Assembly: GCA_951406725.2 (NCBI GenBank)
Contig: OX597830.1
Coordinates: forward strand, 10,106,001 to 10,170,000
Reading direction: 5' to 3'
Origin: Octopus vulgaris
Taxonomy: Eukaryota
DNA length: 64,000 bases
Shown here: piece by piece, positions 24,808 through 38,217 of the stretch
Numbering within the stretch: the stretch's first letter is position 1
Layout: every line of letters starts with the position of its first letter
Notes under the pieces: generated by a model
What the model saw: only the letters and a program-made list of their open reading frames with translations
The model's database searches: none
Told to the model about the DNA's origin: nothing
Translations under genes and position numbers: made by a program

Positions 24808-25886
24808 CACTGAATACTTCCCTCAAAGTTATCACAGTGATGAGCCTCTGTAAAAGTAGGTAGTTCAACAATCTTGTAATATAAGGAAGGAGTGCATGAG
24901 ATCTGAGTTTATATATGTGCATGTATGTTTAACGAATATAAACGAATGTCATGTGAGTATGTGCGTGCGCTCGCGTGTGGTTTTGTGTTAGTTTTACTTT
25001 CAGAAACGCGTCTGTTTTATTGGGGAAGATACATCAAACTTTTCAGTAGTTCGTTTCAGTTTTCCGGCTCTAAATTTAGTCATGTGTATGTATCATTATA
25101 CACTCTTTAAACAGCGTATGTACAATTCCGGGGGTATTTCATTATGAAATTCCTCTTAATGAAGTTCTCTTGAAAAATCCTTTTGAAGTCTGAAAACGAA
25201 GTAAAATATTCTAATTAATATTTAAATCAATTATATGAAGTCAAAATGTAACAATTTTGTTGCGCATCATTTCTACGAATGATATCATTTGAATGGTGCT
25301 TATTAAATGCACGACGGTGCTTATTAAACCAGGAGTCCGTTATGTTTCGCTGATAAAAACACAGTCAGACGCCTGCATTAGCGCTAACACAGTAATTACA
25401 GCTGTACTTCTAAACGCTCGTATGAATCACGTAGTTTATCGCATTAACATATTTATATTAACGCCAGTAACAGCGGCATCGGCAGCTGTAGTAGCAATGA
25501 TGGCAAAAGCAATAGAGTTGAATGAGATGGAACTCCCTTCAAGCGACGAAGAAAATATTTTAATTACAGCACAGGTGCGTGCGTTACAGTATGGTTAAGA
25601 AGGTTTAAGAAGGTAATTTTACAATCAGTTTATTACAGGATCGATCCCACTGCGCGGGATCCTGAGGCAATTTTGTATAACTTTGTGATTTTCACATTCA
25701 TTCAGCAATCGCTTTACTACGGGTTCGTTCTCAATGTGCAGCACACTGGGCAATTTCATATGTGTTGCTATGTAGTATGCAGTTAAAAAGTTCATTATGC
25801 AATTACAATACTCCGTGGTCGAATCCAAGTCACGGTATTTTCTCTTCGCCAGTGCTTTTCCATCATAACCAGGGTTCGGTGAACTG

Positions 25887-26750
25887 GGAAGCTGGCAGAT
25901 TCGTTACCATGTTGGGCAAAATGCTTTACGGCATTTCGTCTCTCTACGTTTTGAGCCCAAATTCCACTGAGGTTGACCGTGCCTTTCATCGTTTCGAAGT
26001 CGATATATTAAGTACCAGTTAAGTATTGGGGTCGATCAATGTAATCGACTTAATCCCTCCGCTGAAATTGCTGGCCTTGGGCCAAAATTTGAAACCAATA
26101 TAATGAATACTTTCTGATATAGGCACAAGGCCCGAAATTTTGAAGACCAAGCAGGTTACATTAGCCCCAGAGCTTGTCTAGCATGTTTAATCGACCCCGG
26201 AAAGGTAGAAGGAAAAGTCTCGACAGAGTTTGAACTCAAAACGTAAAGCCGGAAGAAATACTGCAAAACATTTTGTCCGGCGTGATAACGATTGTTAGCT
26301 CACCGCCTTACAATGAAATGAAATGATCATTTCTGTTAATAGGCAAGGGGGACCCAAAATTGTGAAAGGTGTGGGCTACTTGATTACAGCGACCCCAGTG
26401 CTGAACTGATACTTATTTTACCGACCCCCGAAAGAATGAAATGCATATTCGAGCGCGACGAGATTTGAACTCAGAACGTAAAGCGCAAGGAAATTCTCCT
26501 GAACGTTTTGACCGGCTTGCTAACGATTCTGCCAGCTCACTGCCTTGTAATAAAACGAAATAAGCCTTTCTACTACAGGTACAAGGCCAGAAATTCGCAA
26601 GAGAGGAGAGTCGATTACATCGATCCCAGTACAAAACAGGTACTGATTTTATCGACCCCGAAAAGATTTTAAAAATGGTCGACCTCAGCGGAATTTGAAC
26701 CCAGAACGTAAAGACGGACGAAATGCCGCTAAACATTTTGGCCGCCGCTT
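25887..26750. mobile_element. Cluster of four diverged SINE A copies (one +, three -)
   Basis: Recognisable A/B boxes and gtcgac...cctttcatc core at about 25887-26095(+), 26120-26310(-), 26340-26545(-), 26570-26750(-). Confidence 0.8.
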
Positions 26751-27503
26751 TAATAAAATGAAATAATAAACTAAAATAATTATCTCTAAACATTCTCTCT
26801 TTAATGTATTTCTGTTGTATTTTCTTTCAATTTGGGAAAAATATTTTATATCCAACATTGTTCAAGTTGTCAGTTACTGCCTGACATTAACGCTGGATTC
26901 GTCTTTTAGTACTTGTTTAGAAAATATTTGTCATTACGTCACGTCTGGCGCGTCTGTATTATCTGTTATTTTGACACCTGTTTGTTATATCGAGACAGTT
27001 CAGTGATACTTGTATTATATTGCTTTCTGTTAATATGGCTGAACCCTTCCAGAAAGTTCAAACCGGTAACAAAACAGTGAATCGACAAACTCAAATGGAA
27101 TGCCTGAGTTGACGTCGTGCTGCGGCCTGCATTCCGTTTCAGCCGTCCTGGGTCATTCTTTTGTGTTATCATCGCTGAACACTTTTGCAAGTTCAAACGA
27201 GTAGGAAGGCGGTGAATTGGCAGAGTTGGATAGAATGCCTGGCAGTATTTTTTATCTGGTTCTAAGTTCTGCACTCTGAGTTCGAATCCTGTAAGTAGTG
27301 CGTCGATTTCTACACCCTCAATAAATTTTCTTTCTTGGAATTAGTTACGTTAAGGGTCTGAGAAACAAAAGTTCCCACCACAGATCCACTAGTACTCCGT
27401 CGATTACGACAACGTGGGTTCCAGTTGATCGTATAAGAAGGTATATTGCTGAAAATATCACGAAATATTTTATAGTATGTTGCTGTAACCTATCTCTAAT
27501 GGT

Positions 27504-27537
<34 letters not shown>

Positions 27538-28029
27538 AAAAAGGAGATGTGGAACATGAGTTGTGATATATAAAAAAAGGAAATGAAGAAAATGCTGACA
27601 AAATAATTAAAGTAAGGGAGAGTGTATTTAATTAGGTGAAAGTTCTTTTTTAAAACAAAAAAAAGAGAAAAATTGGGTTAGAATACAATGTTTATTTTTT
27701 GTGAATGAATTCAGTGTATAAGAAAAAAAGTAAGAGTCTTTTACAGTGTTCTGTTTCAGAATAAGATATTTAGTAAAAGCGTGTAATATACAGTTTTTTG
27801 TGGAAAAGTTCAATGTCAGATTTCAGTGTAGAATAAAAAAAGTAAGAGTTTACCGGTTGCGCATTTGTTATGCTTATCAAAAGATATTTTGAGTGAGATA
27901 GAGTTCCTTTCTGATTGATTTTTTTTCTCTTATCTGACTTTATGTTGGGTTTGCTGTCTCTTATATGTGAAAAAAGAGGCTCCAGAGTTGTTTAAGATTT
28001 TCTTGGTTTCGCACCTAAAATTTCTTGTG

Positions 28030-28300
28030 GACAATGGTCAATACAATTTTGATTGGTCATTATAAAGGGGTCACGTGAATGTTTGAATGGAAGTTGGTGT
28101 TGGGGTAAGAAAATAGGCTCCAGAGATGTTAAAATTTCTTATTGGTCATAATAAAGAGGTCAAGTGAATGTGGTCATAATAGAGAGGTCACGTGAATGTT
28201 TAGAATGAATTTTGGTGTAGGTGGTGTATGGAGCTTTCGAAAATAGCGTTGTTGAAAATTCTTATTGTTCAGGCTGGTCAGTAGACGTCATGTGGATATT
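28030..28300. repeat. Degenerate subrepeats (attggtcat..aa.aggtcacgtgaatg)
   Basis: Motif recurs at ~28052, ~28141 and ~28172. Confidence 0.6.
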
Positions 28301-28384
28301 TTGAATAGCTTTTTAGCGCGTAGTTAAGGAGTGTATTTTATATACATAAATACATACACATATACATACATACACATATACATA

Positions 28385-29283
28385 CAGGCTGTTCAAAAAG
28401 TGTCTCTGCAGTATTTTATTGCAAAATAAATATTTATAAGATGGTATGAGACTACAAAAGAATATATTAGACTTTACAAGAGTTTAGAAAGCTTTAAAGA
28501 GGTGTTGAAAGTGTCGTCCTTCATTGTCAATACACAAGTTGACTCTTCTACACGTGTTTTGAAATACATCTTGGAGAGTCTGATGCGGTATGGACCGTGT
28601 GAAGGTTATGATTGCGTCTTTTGGCTCATTAATGGTTTTCAGGCGATTCTTGTACACTGTTCCTTTACTTGCTCCCCAGAAAGTAAGTTTGGCTGTGTTA
28701 AATCAGGTGATCTTAGTGGCCGAAGTCCTTCCGAAATAATCCGTTCACTGAAAAACTCTTGAAGTAGCACCATGGTGATGCTCGAAGTATGTGATTTAGC
28801 TCCATTTTGCTGAAAGTATGAATTATTAATTCCGCTGCCAGTGAGTTGGCCTACAAATGGATAGACAAAATTTTAGCAATATCTCTCAGTGTTAATGATG
28901 TCTTCAAAAAATATCGGTCCCACAATACGCTTTCTCGAAATTGCTATCCATACTCCATCTTTTCCGGGATGCAGAGGTTGCTCATGCGTCGCGTGTGGAT
29001 TCTCAATGCTCCAAAACCTTGTGTTTTGCGATTTTGTGTGTCCTGACAGTTGAAACCATGCCTCATCGGTGTAAAAACACCCATCCAGCACTTCTATGCC
29101 TTTTCGGCAACAAAGTTTTGGAACCGATGACAATAATGAATCCTTTAAGCATGATCCATAGTCTTCAATTCTTGAATGACCAGCACTTTGTATGGAAAGA
29201 AATATAATTTCTTTTTTTTACTGACGTGTGAGCACTTCCGAGGCTGATTTCTTTCATTGCGGAGAGACTTTTTGAACACCCTG
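28385..29283 (-). mobile_element. Tc1/mariner-superfamily transposon, internally deleted, both TIRs present
   Basis: TIRs caggctgttcaaaaagtgtctctgcagt and attgcggagagactttttgaacaccctg; TA on the left; pseudogene reads FYTDEAWFQLSG...QNTRFWSIENPH...PLHP...VWIAISRKRIVGPIFFE, YFQQNGA, RSPDLT. Confidence 0.9.
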
Positions 29284-29429
29284 TGTGTATGTATGTGTAT
29301 ATATTTATGTGTGCATATATATATATATATATATAGACGATAAATGAGTTGGATACACTCAGTAGAGAAAGAACGTATGTTTATTCTCTTAGTATTCTTT
29401 GTTTTTTGTTTTATGCAAATATATTTGTA

Positions 29430-29479
<50 letters not shown>

Positions 29480-30214
29480 GTGTGTGTGTGTATGTCTGTC
29501 TACGTGCTTGTTTGTTAGTGCGTATGTGCGTGCGCGTGTAAGCGTGTATGTGTGTGTGTATATGTGTATATAAATACACTTAAACTGAGTTGGGTAGCAT
29601 GTATTTTAACCAGGCAGCCATGCGCGCACTCTCTCACATACATGTATGTATGTATGTGTTTCTATCTCTCTCTTCCGCTCTCTCCTCCTCCGCACTCTCT
29701 CTACTCCCACCCCCCTCTACGTCCCTGTATACATGTATATTCACTATCAAAGTATTGGCGTGTATTAAACATTACACGAAAATGTCGGCTGACTTTTACA
29801 AACAAATACAAATGTTTAGAGTTATGCTGGCGTGTACAAGTCTTATCTCATAAACAAATTCGGTGCAGTTACTGAATCAATAACGTCGACATTGAAACAA
29901 CCTGACCTTTAACACTAACTTGTATCGTCCATGTGCCACTGTCACTTATTTCAAACAATCATAAGCGTCGGCTCACCGTTCGACAGGCTACATTTAGTTA
30001 TGTTTCCAGATTGTTCCAGAATTTCTTTACATATGTACTCATGTTTCTATGCATTACACCAACAGATATCATACTGGAGAAAGCTGTTTCTAACAGCTAT
30101 TTTGGTGATCAAATGTTGAGACCTGAACTTGAGCTGGCAATCTTATATTTACAAATGAATGAAGAAGTTAAGTGATGTCGAGCACGTTGAACCGATAAGT
30201 ACGGTTCAGTGGGT

Positions 30215-30525
30215 GCGAATTCGTTTGGCAATAACTCTGGAAGACACCAAAGTGGGCGGCCATATGGTTTTATGTTTACGGCTGAAAATAACGATGTTTA
30301 TGCGAATTAGCAGCAAACCGTAAACACAAAATGGTCGTCCTTATTGGCACCCTCCAGTTGTATAGTCGAAGGAAATACGCGATCTTTCAAGTGTACACGC
30401 AGGACCAAAAGGTTATGATTTTACGTGGAGTATTATGCTTATGAAACTCATTTCAACCGAGAAGTGAAAATAATTGTCAGAGTCAGCTCAAAATCAGATT
30501 AATTTTAGAGTACAGCTGTCCTTTA
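30215..30525. mobile_element. Degenerate palindromic MITE-like relic
   Basis: Imperfect inverted arms ~30215-30280 and ~30318-30380; nearby end tgtcctttaa resembles TTAA-ended elements. Confidence 0.35.
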
Positions 30526-30721
30526 AGATGTACTTGTTTCCAATGACTTCTCAAAATACCTGTAGAATTTCATAAGTTGAAGTGTAAATTAACTCTTATC
30601 CGGTACTAACATTCTATGGACGTTCAACTTCTGTGGAGGTTGTCGGGGTCGTGGTTTGCCCCGTAGTAACGTACGGTGTGACTGAGATATTTTATTTTAA
30701 CGCTTAAAAGGAAGGTAAATG

Positions 30722-30757
30722 CTTTGACGTTTCGGACACTAGTCTATCGTCAGAAAA
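30722..30757 (-). ncRNA. Minimal type I hammerhead ribozyme candidate
   Basis: Minus strand: UUUU-CUGACGA-U-AGAC UAGU GUCC-GAAA-CGUC-AAAG; intact core boxes, short stem II, ACGU palindromic stem III, GUC triplet, AATAAA ~25 nt downstream. Confidence 0.65.
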
Positions 30758-30827
30758 ATGAGCTAGGTGGGTATGCGGTTTCCTAGGAAGAAATTACGCT
30801 AGCAAGAAGAGCCAGGTTGGTGTGGGC

Positions 30828-31130
30828 ATAAAGGATAAAGGGTAAAGATTGCACCTTGAAAGTTAACCTCAGAGGCAAAAGTCCAGGCCAGGAGGTGTTT
30901 AGAAGACCGGCAGTCACCCGTGCATACCGGCTTCCCCATTTCTGGGCCACAGATTTTATTCCAGGTGAAAGGCAGAGGCTTGGCACCAGTGATGTCACAA
31001 CACATTTCTACAGCTGGGGCAATGCGAAATAATCTTGCTCAAGTACAAAACATACAGCCCGGTCCGGGAATCGAACTCACTACCTCATAGTTATGAGCCC
31101 GACGCTCTGACCACTGAGCCATGCACCCTC
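30828..31130 (-). mobile_element. tRNA-derived CORE-like SINE family D
   Basis: Minus: tggctcagtggtcagagc (A box), gagttcgattcc (B box), cttgagcaag core, short tttaccc/tttatcc tail. Confidence 0.85.
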
Positions 31131-31689
31131 ACTAGGCATATATAGGCCATATATAGGCCAGGGGAAGTTCTATGCATTTATATACGTACATAAATATACT
31201 TTAAATTTTTTTGTTGCAAAATATACTTGATACAGTCACTACAACTATAATATTTCTAAAAAGTTAACTAATATTTTCTGTTTCATTCTTCCCGGATCCT
31301 TTTTATTTGCCCCTCCGCAACTCTTCTAAATGTCTCAACCCCTTACAAACCCTAAACCCTTTGCGCAGCTTCATGGTTTTAAAATCGAAAAAGAGCTTTC
31401 ACATTATCTGGTTCATATTCGCTGCTGTGTTACTGCATGTCACGCTGGTACGCTAAAACTCAGATTTAATTTTACTTTCGAGAAAATGGATCTGCCATTT
31501 GTTTAGTTTTTGTCATGCTTCTACATCAAGTTTCTCAATTGTTCCTCAGAAATTAAAAATTGAAACTTCTTACTCCATCATCGATGAGGATTTATCTCGG
31601 GGTGATTATCTCCCTTACATTAACGACTGTCACGGCGCTACATTTTCAAGTCGCTGTAGTTATTTCGTTAACGTGTCGGACGAAGGGAT

Positions 31690-32342
31690 TTAGTGATGTT
31701 CCTTTCGACTTTACGTTCTGTGTTCAAATGTCACCGGGGGTCAACTTTACCTTTCATCCTTTTTAGGTCGATAAAATAAAGTACCTGTTGAAAAGTAGGG
31801 TAGGGGGTGTCGATAAAGTCGTCTCGTCCTTGAGCTTCCTGGCCTTGTACCAAAATTTGAAGCCATTTATAGCTACGTTCATTACAGAATGTAAATCGTT
31901 TGTGACAAGAAAATCCTTTAGAAATATTGATCTCAAATTTTTGCACAGGGCCAGTTCAATTGGTACTTATTTTATCGACCCCGAAAGGATGAAAGACAAA
32001 GTCGTCCTCGGCGGAATTTGAACTCAGAATGCGAAGACGGACGAAATACTGCTAAACATTTCGCCCACCGTGCTAACTTTTCTGCCAGCACACCGCTTTA
32101 AAATCCTTTTATATATATTTATTTCTTTATTGCCCACAGGGGGCTAAACATCGGAGACAAACAAGGACAGACAAAAGGATTAAGTCGATTACATCGACTC
32201 CAATGCGTAACTGGTACTTATTTAATCGACCCCGAAAGGATGAAAGGTAAACTCGACCTCAGCGGTATTTGAACTCAGAACGTAAAGACGGACGAAATGC
32301 TGTTAAACATTTCGCCGACCGTGATAAACATTCTGCCAGCAC
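31690..32342. mobile_element. SINE A cluster (one +, two -)
   Basis: About 31690-31862(+), 31945-32098(-), 32120-32342(-). Confidence 0.82.
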
Positions 32343-32989
32343 GCTACTATAAAATATCGAGGAGAAAACTGTAGTGGCCACAATTTCGTGACACTCCCGT
32401 GTACATTTTCTTTTACAGAATAGATGTACTTAAGACCTTTTACGAAACACAAGTACTTAAGATTTCATGATCTTCAAGTAACGATTACTATTAGAGAATA
32501 CGTAATATTTCCCTTCCCACTTAGAATTGTCTGGTCGCAGGTTGTTACTTGGAATATTCCCAGAATTTTCCTCATTTAAATAATTCTGTGAAATCAATTT
32601 CGGAATTCGAAATGTTATTCTGTGTCATATTTCTTATTTATGAAAGAGGTGGAGTTTACCGTTCTTTAAATATAGAAAAACTACGTCATGTATGGAAGTG
32701 CAGACAGAGATCCATAAGACGGACACTCTTCCCATTTATCTTCTATCTTACATTTTTCCTTCTTTCGTTTGTTTCAGCGATTGAACTGCGGCCAATCACC
32801 ATCAGTATTTATTTATTTAGCCTTTTTTGTTTGTTTGTTTATTTGATTTTAATCTTGCACAATCTCTATCATTTTCTTTCACCAAACCGCTAAGTTACAG
32901 GGACGTAAAAAAAACGAAAACGAACAATCGTTTTTATTTTTTACGCTTGTGTTGGGGTCTTTCATACATACACACACATGTATATATTC

Positions 32990-33530
32990 TTTCTATACTA
33001 GGCACAAGGCTCGAAGGTTTTTTTTTTGGGGGGGGAGCAGTCGATTAGCTCGACCCCAGTACACAACTGGTACTTAATTTATCGACCTCGAAAGGATGAA
33101 AGGCAAAGTCGACCTCGGTGGAATTTGAACTCAGAACGTAGCGGCAGACGAAATACCTATTTCCTTACTACCCACAAGGGACTAAACACAAGGACAGACA
33201 AACGGATTAAGTCGATTATATCGACCCCAGTGCGTAACTGGTACTTATCTAATCGACCCCGAAAGGATGAACGGCAAAGTCGACCTCGGCGGAATTTGAA
33301 CTCAGAACGTAGCGGCAGACGAAATAGCTATTTCCTTACCACCCACAAGGGACTAAACACAAGGACATACAAACGGATTAAGTCGACTATATCGACCCCA
33401 GTGCGTAACTGGTACTTATTTAATCGACCCCGAAAGGATGAACGGCACAGTCGACCTCGGCGGAATTTGAACTCAGAACGTAGCGGCAGACGAAATACCT
33501 ACTTCTTTACTACCCACAAGCATTTCGTCT
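32990..33530 (-). mobile_element. SINE A tandem array, 171-bp head-less units
   Basis: Junctions at 33156/33157, 33327/33328 and 33498/33499; units share an internal deletion. Confidence 0.92.
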
Positions 33531-33557
33531 AGCATGCTAACGGCACACACGTGTGTG

Positions 33558-33589
<32 letters not shown>

Positions 33590-34035
33590 CATACATACAC
33601 GAATGAGTTCCACTGCGTTTCCGTTTACCAAATTCACTCACAAGGCACTAGCCAATAAGGGATATAGTACAAGACACTTATTCAAGGTACCGTGCAGTGG
33701 GACTAAACTCAAAACTACATTGGTTGCAATGCCAGTCTCTTAACCACAAAATCATGTCTGGATCTTGAATATACTTATTGCTCATGTCCGGCACTTCTGC
33801 CCCACAATCCACCTCCGTTCTCTCCTTCTGACAAACCAGATAACTACCTGCCAACCTCCTTCCTCATTTCCTCTCATGACTCCTATAAAGCAACAAGCGT
33901 ACATATCCCTCTTATCTTCTTCATAAAAGATGGCGATTCTGGAACCTTCGATATGAACCTGTACAACATAAAAATCTACAATGATAAAAATTTTAAGATA
34001 AAATTTTAAAAGTTTTGTAAATATTATTTCGCAGT

Positions 34036-34470
34036 ATAGGCGTAAGAGTGGCTGCGTGGTAAATAGCTTGCCTACAAACCACGTGGTTCCGTGTTCAGTC
34101 CCACTGCGTGGCACCTTGGGCAAATGATTTCTACTATAGCCTCAGGCCGACCAAAGCCTTGTGAGTGGATTTGGTAGACGGAAACTGAAAGAAGCCCGTC
34201 GCATATATATATACTTTATATATATACATGTATGTATATGTTTGTGTGTGTATGTTTGAGTGTCTGTGTTTGTCCCCCTAACATTACTTGACAACCGATT
34301 CTGGTGTGTTTATGTCTCCGTAACATTAGCGGTTTGGCAAAAGGAGACCGATAGAATAAGTACTAGGCTTACAAAGAATAAGTCCTGGGGTTGATTTGCT
34401 CGACTAAAGACGGTGCTCCAGCATGGCCACAGTCAAATGACTGAAACAAGAAAAAGAGTAAGAGAGAATA
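34036..34470 (+). mobile_element. SINE family B, full length
   Basis: tRNA head, ccttgggcaa core, internal TA/TG microsatellite, 3' half with aaaagagt tail. Confidence 0.92.
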
Positions 34471-34997
34471 TTTCAGAGACAAAGAAGGCGACGAGCTGGC
34501 AAGACTTGAGCAAAACACTTAGCAGCTTTTCGACTGAGTGTAGATTCTGAGTTCAAATTCCGCCGAGGTCGACCTTGCTTTTCTTTCAGGCTCGATAAAA
34601 TAAGTACCAGCTGCGTAGTGGTTCAAAGCAATCGATTTACATCCTCTCAGGAATCGATGGCCTTGTGCTAAAATTTGAAAACAATATTATGAATACAAAT
34701 CTACTTATTTGAAATTATAGAATATTTAGAAATTTTAAAATTATTTTTCGCTAGAAATAGCAAGTTGGCATTTGGCATGTCTTCTCAATTTCTATAGACA
34801 TCATTCCAGACCAATTATAATCCCGTCTCTTGAATCCTCTAGATTAAAATTCTAGTAAATCTGACATAAGATATAAGTATTAGGGATTGTCATCTAATAT
34901 GTTTTTTAACAAAATCAGATATTTATTTCTCTCTTCTTCTCCTTCCTCACCACCTCTCTTTCTATCTCTATCGCTCATTCTCTCTCTTATCTTCTTA

Positions 34998-35044
<47 letters not shown>

Positions 35045-35371
35045 AATATCAAGTTGATTTTCGATGTTTAGTACTGAGAAGTAATCGGAGGAATGTTCTG
35101 GAAGTAGTCGATGGTTGAGGGTATGGGATGGTTTTTAAACTAATTAAATTCAATATATAGGCGCTGGGTTGGCTGTGGGGTAAGTTTTTTGCGTCCCATG
35201 TAGGTCCGGGTTCAGTCCCTCTGTGTCGTGGAACTTCGGGAAACTCTCTTCTATAGCCTCAGGCCAACCAAAGACTCGTGATTAGATTTGGTAGACGGAA
35301 ACTGAAAGTTCGTTGTGTGTGTGTATGTATATATATATATATATTATACAATTTTATATAGAGATTGTTAA

Positions 35372-35575
35372 CTTGGGCAAGTGTCTTCTACTATAGCCTC
35401 GTGCTGACCGAAGCCTTGAGAGTAGATTTGGTGTGTGTGTGTGTGTGTATTAATGTATGCATATATATATATATATGTGTGTGTGTATGTATATATACAT
35501 ACACACACACACACACCAAATCTACTCTCAAGGCTTCCGTCAGCACGAGGCTATAGTAGAAGACACTTGCCCGAG
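35372..35575. repeat. Inverted pair of SINE B segments around a microsatellite
   Basis: ~60-bp arms sharing private variants gtgctgac and gagagtaga. Confidence 0.9.
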
Positions 35576-35718
35576 GTGCCACGCAGTAGGTCTGAACCCG
35601 GAATCATGTGGTTGAGAAACAAGCTTCTTACCACACAGCCTCATCTGCTATAGCTTCGGGCCGACCAAAGTCTTGTGAGATCTCGCAGACGGAAACTGAA
35701 AGAAGTCTGTCGAATATA

Positions 35719-35749
<31 letters not shown>

Positions 35750-36799
35750 TTTTTTTTTTTTTGTGTTTGTGTCTGTGTTTGTCCCTCCACCATCGCATGA
35801 CAACCGATCTTAGTATGTTTACATCTCCATAACTTAGTGGTTCGACAAAAGAAACTTGCAGAATAAGTATCAGGCGTCCGGCGGCGTCTGGAAGCTCGTT
35901 ATCGAGCTCGAATGTGTGTGTGTCCACGTGTTGTGCGCTCGTAATCGCGCTCGTCGTAGCCACCCGCATGGACATGATGGTCGTGTCGGCACGGAGTCTT
36001 CTAGCACACCCATGCCGGAATTTTGCGAGCCTTCATTCCAAGCTGACCGCGTTCTTCACAAACACAAACACTGTGACGAATGCACGAACACCGACTTCGA
36101 CTGCCTTTACTGCGCAACGGTACCCCCTCCACACTTCATGTAATATAGGCCAGCTTTTCATATACGACATGGAGTGATATTTTCGAGGTATTCTTTTTTT
36201 TTTTTAACGAAAATGTTCTTATATACAATCAAATATCAATACGTGCATTTGTTAATATGAAAGCCCCATGACAACTTATTGAACTGGTATCAGTTTCGAG
36301 TATCTGAGCTGATGCACTTTTTTTTTACGTAAAGTTGGAAACCTGCAACACACTGTTATCAACAATGTAGAATTTTATAGGTGCAGCACATTTCTGTTTG
36401 CAGCAAAAAGCTGTATATGTGCATCAGATTGCAGTCTATAGTATAGGGCTGTGTAGGTGCAGTATAATGCAGGTCATAGCAAACTGCTGCAAAAGTGCAA
36501 CTGCTTATTGCCTGTGGTGGGAAAACTCTTTCAAGACCGTGGTTTTTTTTCTTTTTATTCAACTCAAGTATTATTTTCTCAGACTTATTGAACGCAATGG
36601 CTATACCGACTCCCGCCGCTCGCTATTGTAACCAGCGAAATATCGTGCAACCATCGTAATCAGCAGGGGTTGAACTTCCGGAACAGTATTCAACACAAGA
36701 GATCAGGGGGTAGGGGGGAAAATAACCAGAACAAGATATATTTATTATAATTAACGCAAATAACATAATTAAATAAAAACATATGTCGCTTTGAGCGCG

Positions 36800-37148
36800 C
36801 ACACACACACACTCACATATATGTATATATGTTAATATGTATGTGTATGTGTATATATATACGTACATATATGTATATATATGTGTATATACGTATATAT
36901 GTATATGTATATACGTATATATGTGTGTGTGTGTGTGTGCATGTATATATATATATATGTATATACGTACATATACATACATACACACATACATACATAT
37001 ATGTATACATATATATATAAATATCTATACATATATGTGTATACACGCAAATATATATATGTATATACATATATAAATGTGTATATATATATATACGTAC
37101 ATATATATATACACACATATATACATATATAAATACATATATTCGTAC

Positions 37149-37179
<31 letters not shown>

Positions 37180-37260
37180 TGAATATATGTATAAATATAT
37201 ATGTATATGTGTGAATATATATATATATATATATATATAATGTGTGTGTGTGTGTATAGT
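36800..37260. repeat. Compound TA/TG/CA microsatellite
   Basis: Direct inspection. Confidence 0.9.
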
Positions 37261-37989
37261 TTGATTAATGATCAGGAGCAATGTCCAGCTGTGTCAGGCC
37301 TGTTTATGTGAGTCACACTGCGCATGTAAACTCCTCCCAGATACCAATAAAATAAACAAAGTTTGCACTAAGGTAAACAACCAGCAACTTTCTTACATAC
37401 AGCTGTTTAAATCAAACACCAGTTTAATTCGTATCAATGTTATATATTTTATATCTGTTTGTCTGATCACAGTTTTAAACTCTTCATCCTCGCCTTCCTA
37501 GTGTTTTTTAAATCTACTTCCCTGCGTAGGCAACCCTTACATTTCCTTTAAGGTGCTGAAGTCTCTTGAGAAGTTGCGCATCAAGGGTATAACTATCAGT
37601 TGGTATGGCAACGGTTAAAATTACATTATTGATAAATGTATTAGTTATATAAATTCTCTGTTCAATAAGTTAGAAACTTCTCATATATCCCTTAGTTTTT
37701 GACTGGAAGAAATATAAAATTATGATTTATCTGGTTCTTCGTTTAATTTAATCTAATTTTTCGTTTTTATGAGTGAAATAACTTGTTTCCTGTCATCTGT
37801 TTCAGATTGGGGATTTTGTTGGTATATTTAGTTCTGTTTTCTGCGGTTGTTATTTTTGCACTATTTTTTTTTAATAATCTCCTTTGAAAAATCATAATTA
37901 AAACATTTTAGTAAAGCAAACGCATGATGAGCAAGTGAAGTTAAAATGATTCTTTTAGCTTATAATATACATAAATAACAAACACACAC

Positions 37990-38071
37990 AGATAGATAGA
38001 AAGACAACAAACACACACAGATAGATAGAAAGATAGATAGATATAGATAGATATAGATGGATAGATGGATG

Positions 38072-38120
<49 letters not shown>

Positions 38121-38183
38121 CTATAGATAGATAGATAAATATAGATAGATAGATAGATAAATAAATATATATAGATATATATT

Positions 38184-38217
<34 letters not shown>

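Noticed and set aside
27960-28010. Penelope endonuclease C-terminus-like LE.L..I...KP.I on the minus strand
   Set aside because: Too short, and its order relative to the nearby ccaat-type subrepeats does not fit.
31055-31130. tRNA-Met-like gene on the minus strand (ctcataa loop)
   Set aside because: A and B boxes are present but acceptor and anticodon stems are poor, and it runs into a SINE body.
33026-33532. 168-aa repetitive ORF and CRISPR-like periodicity
   Set aside because: Antisense reading of 171-bp SINE A units; no unique spacers, no cas genes, eukaryotic context.
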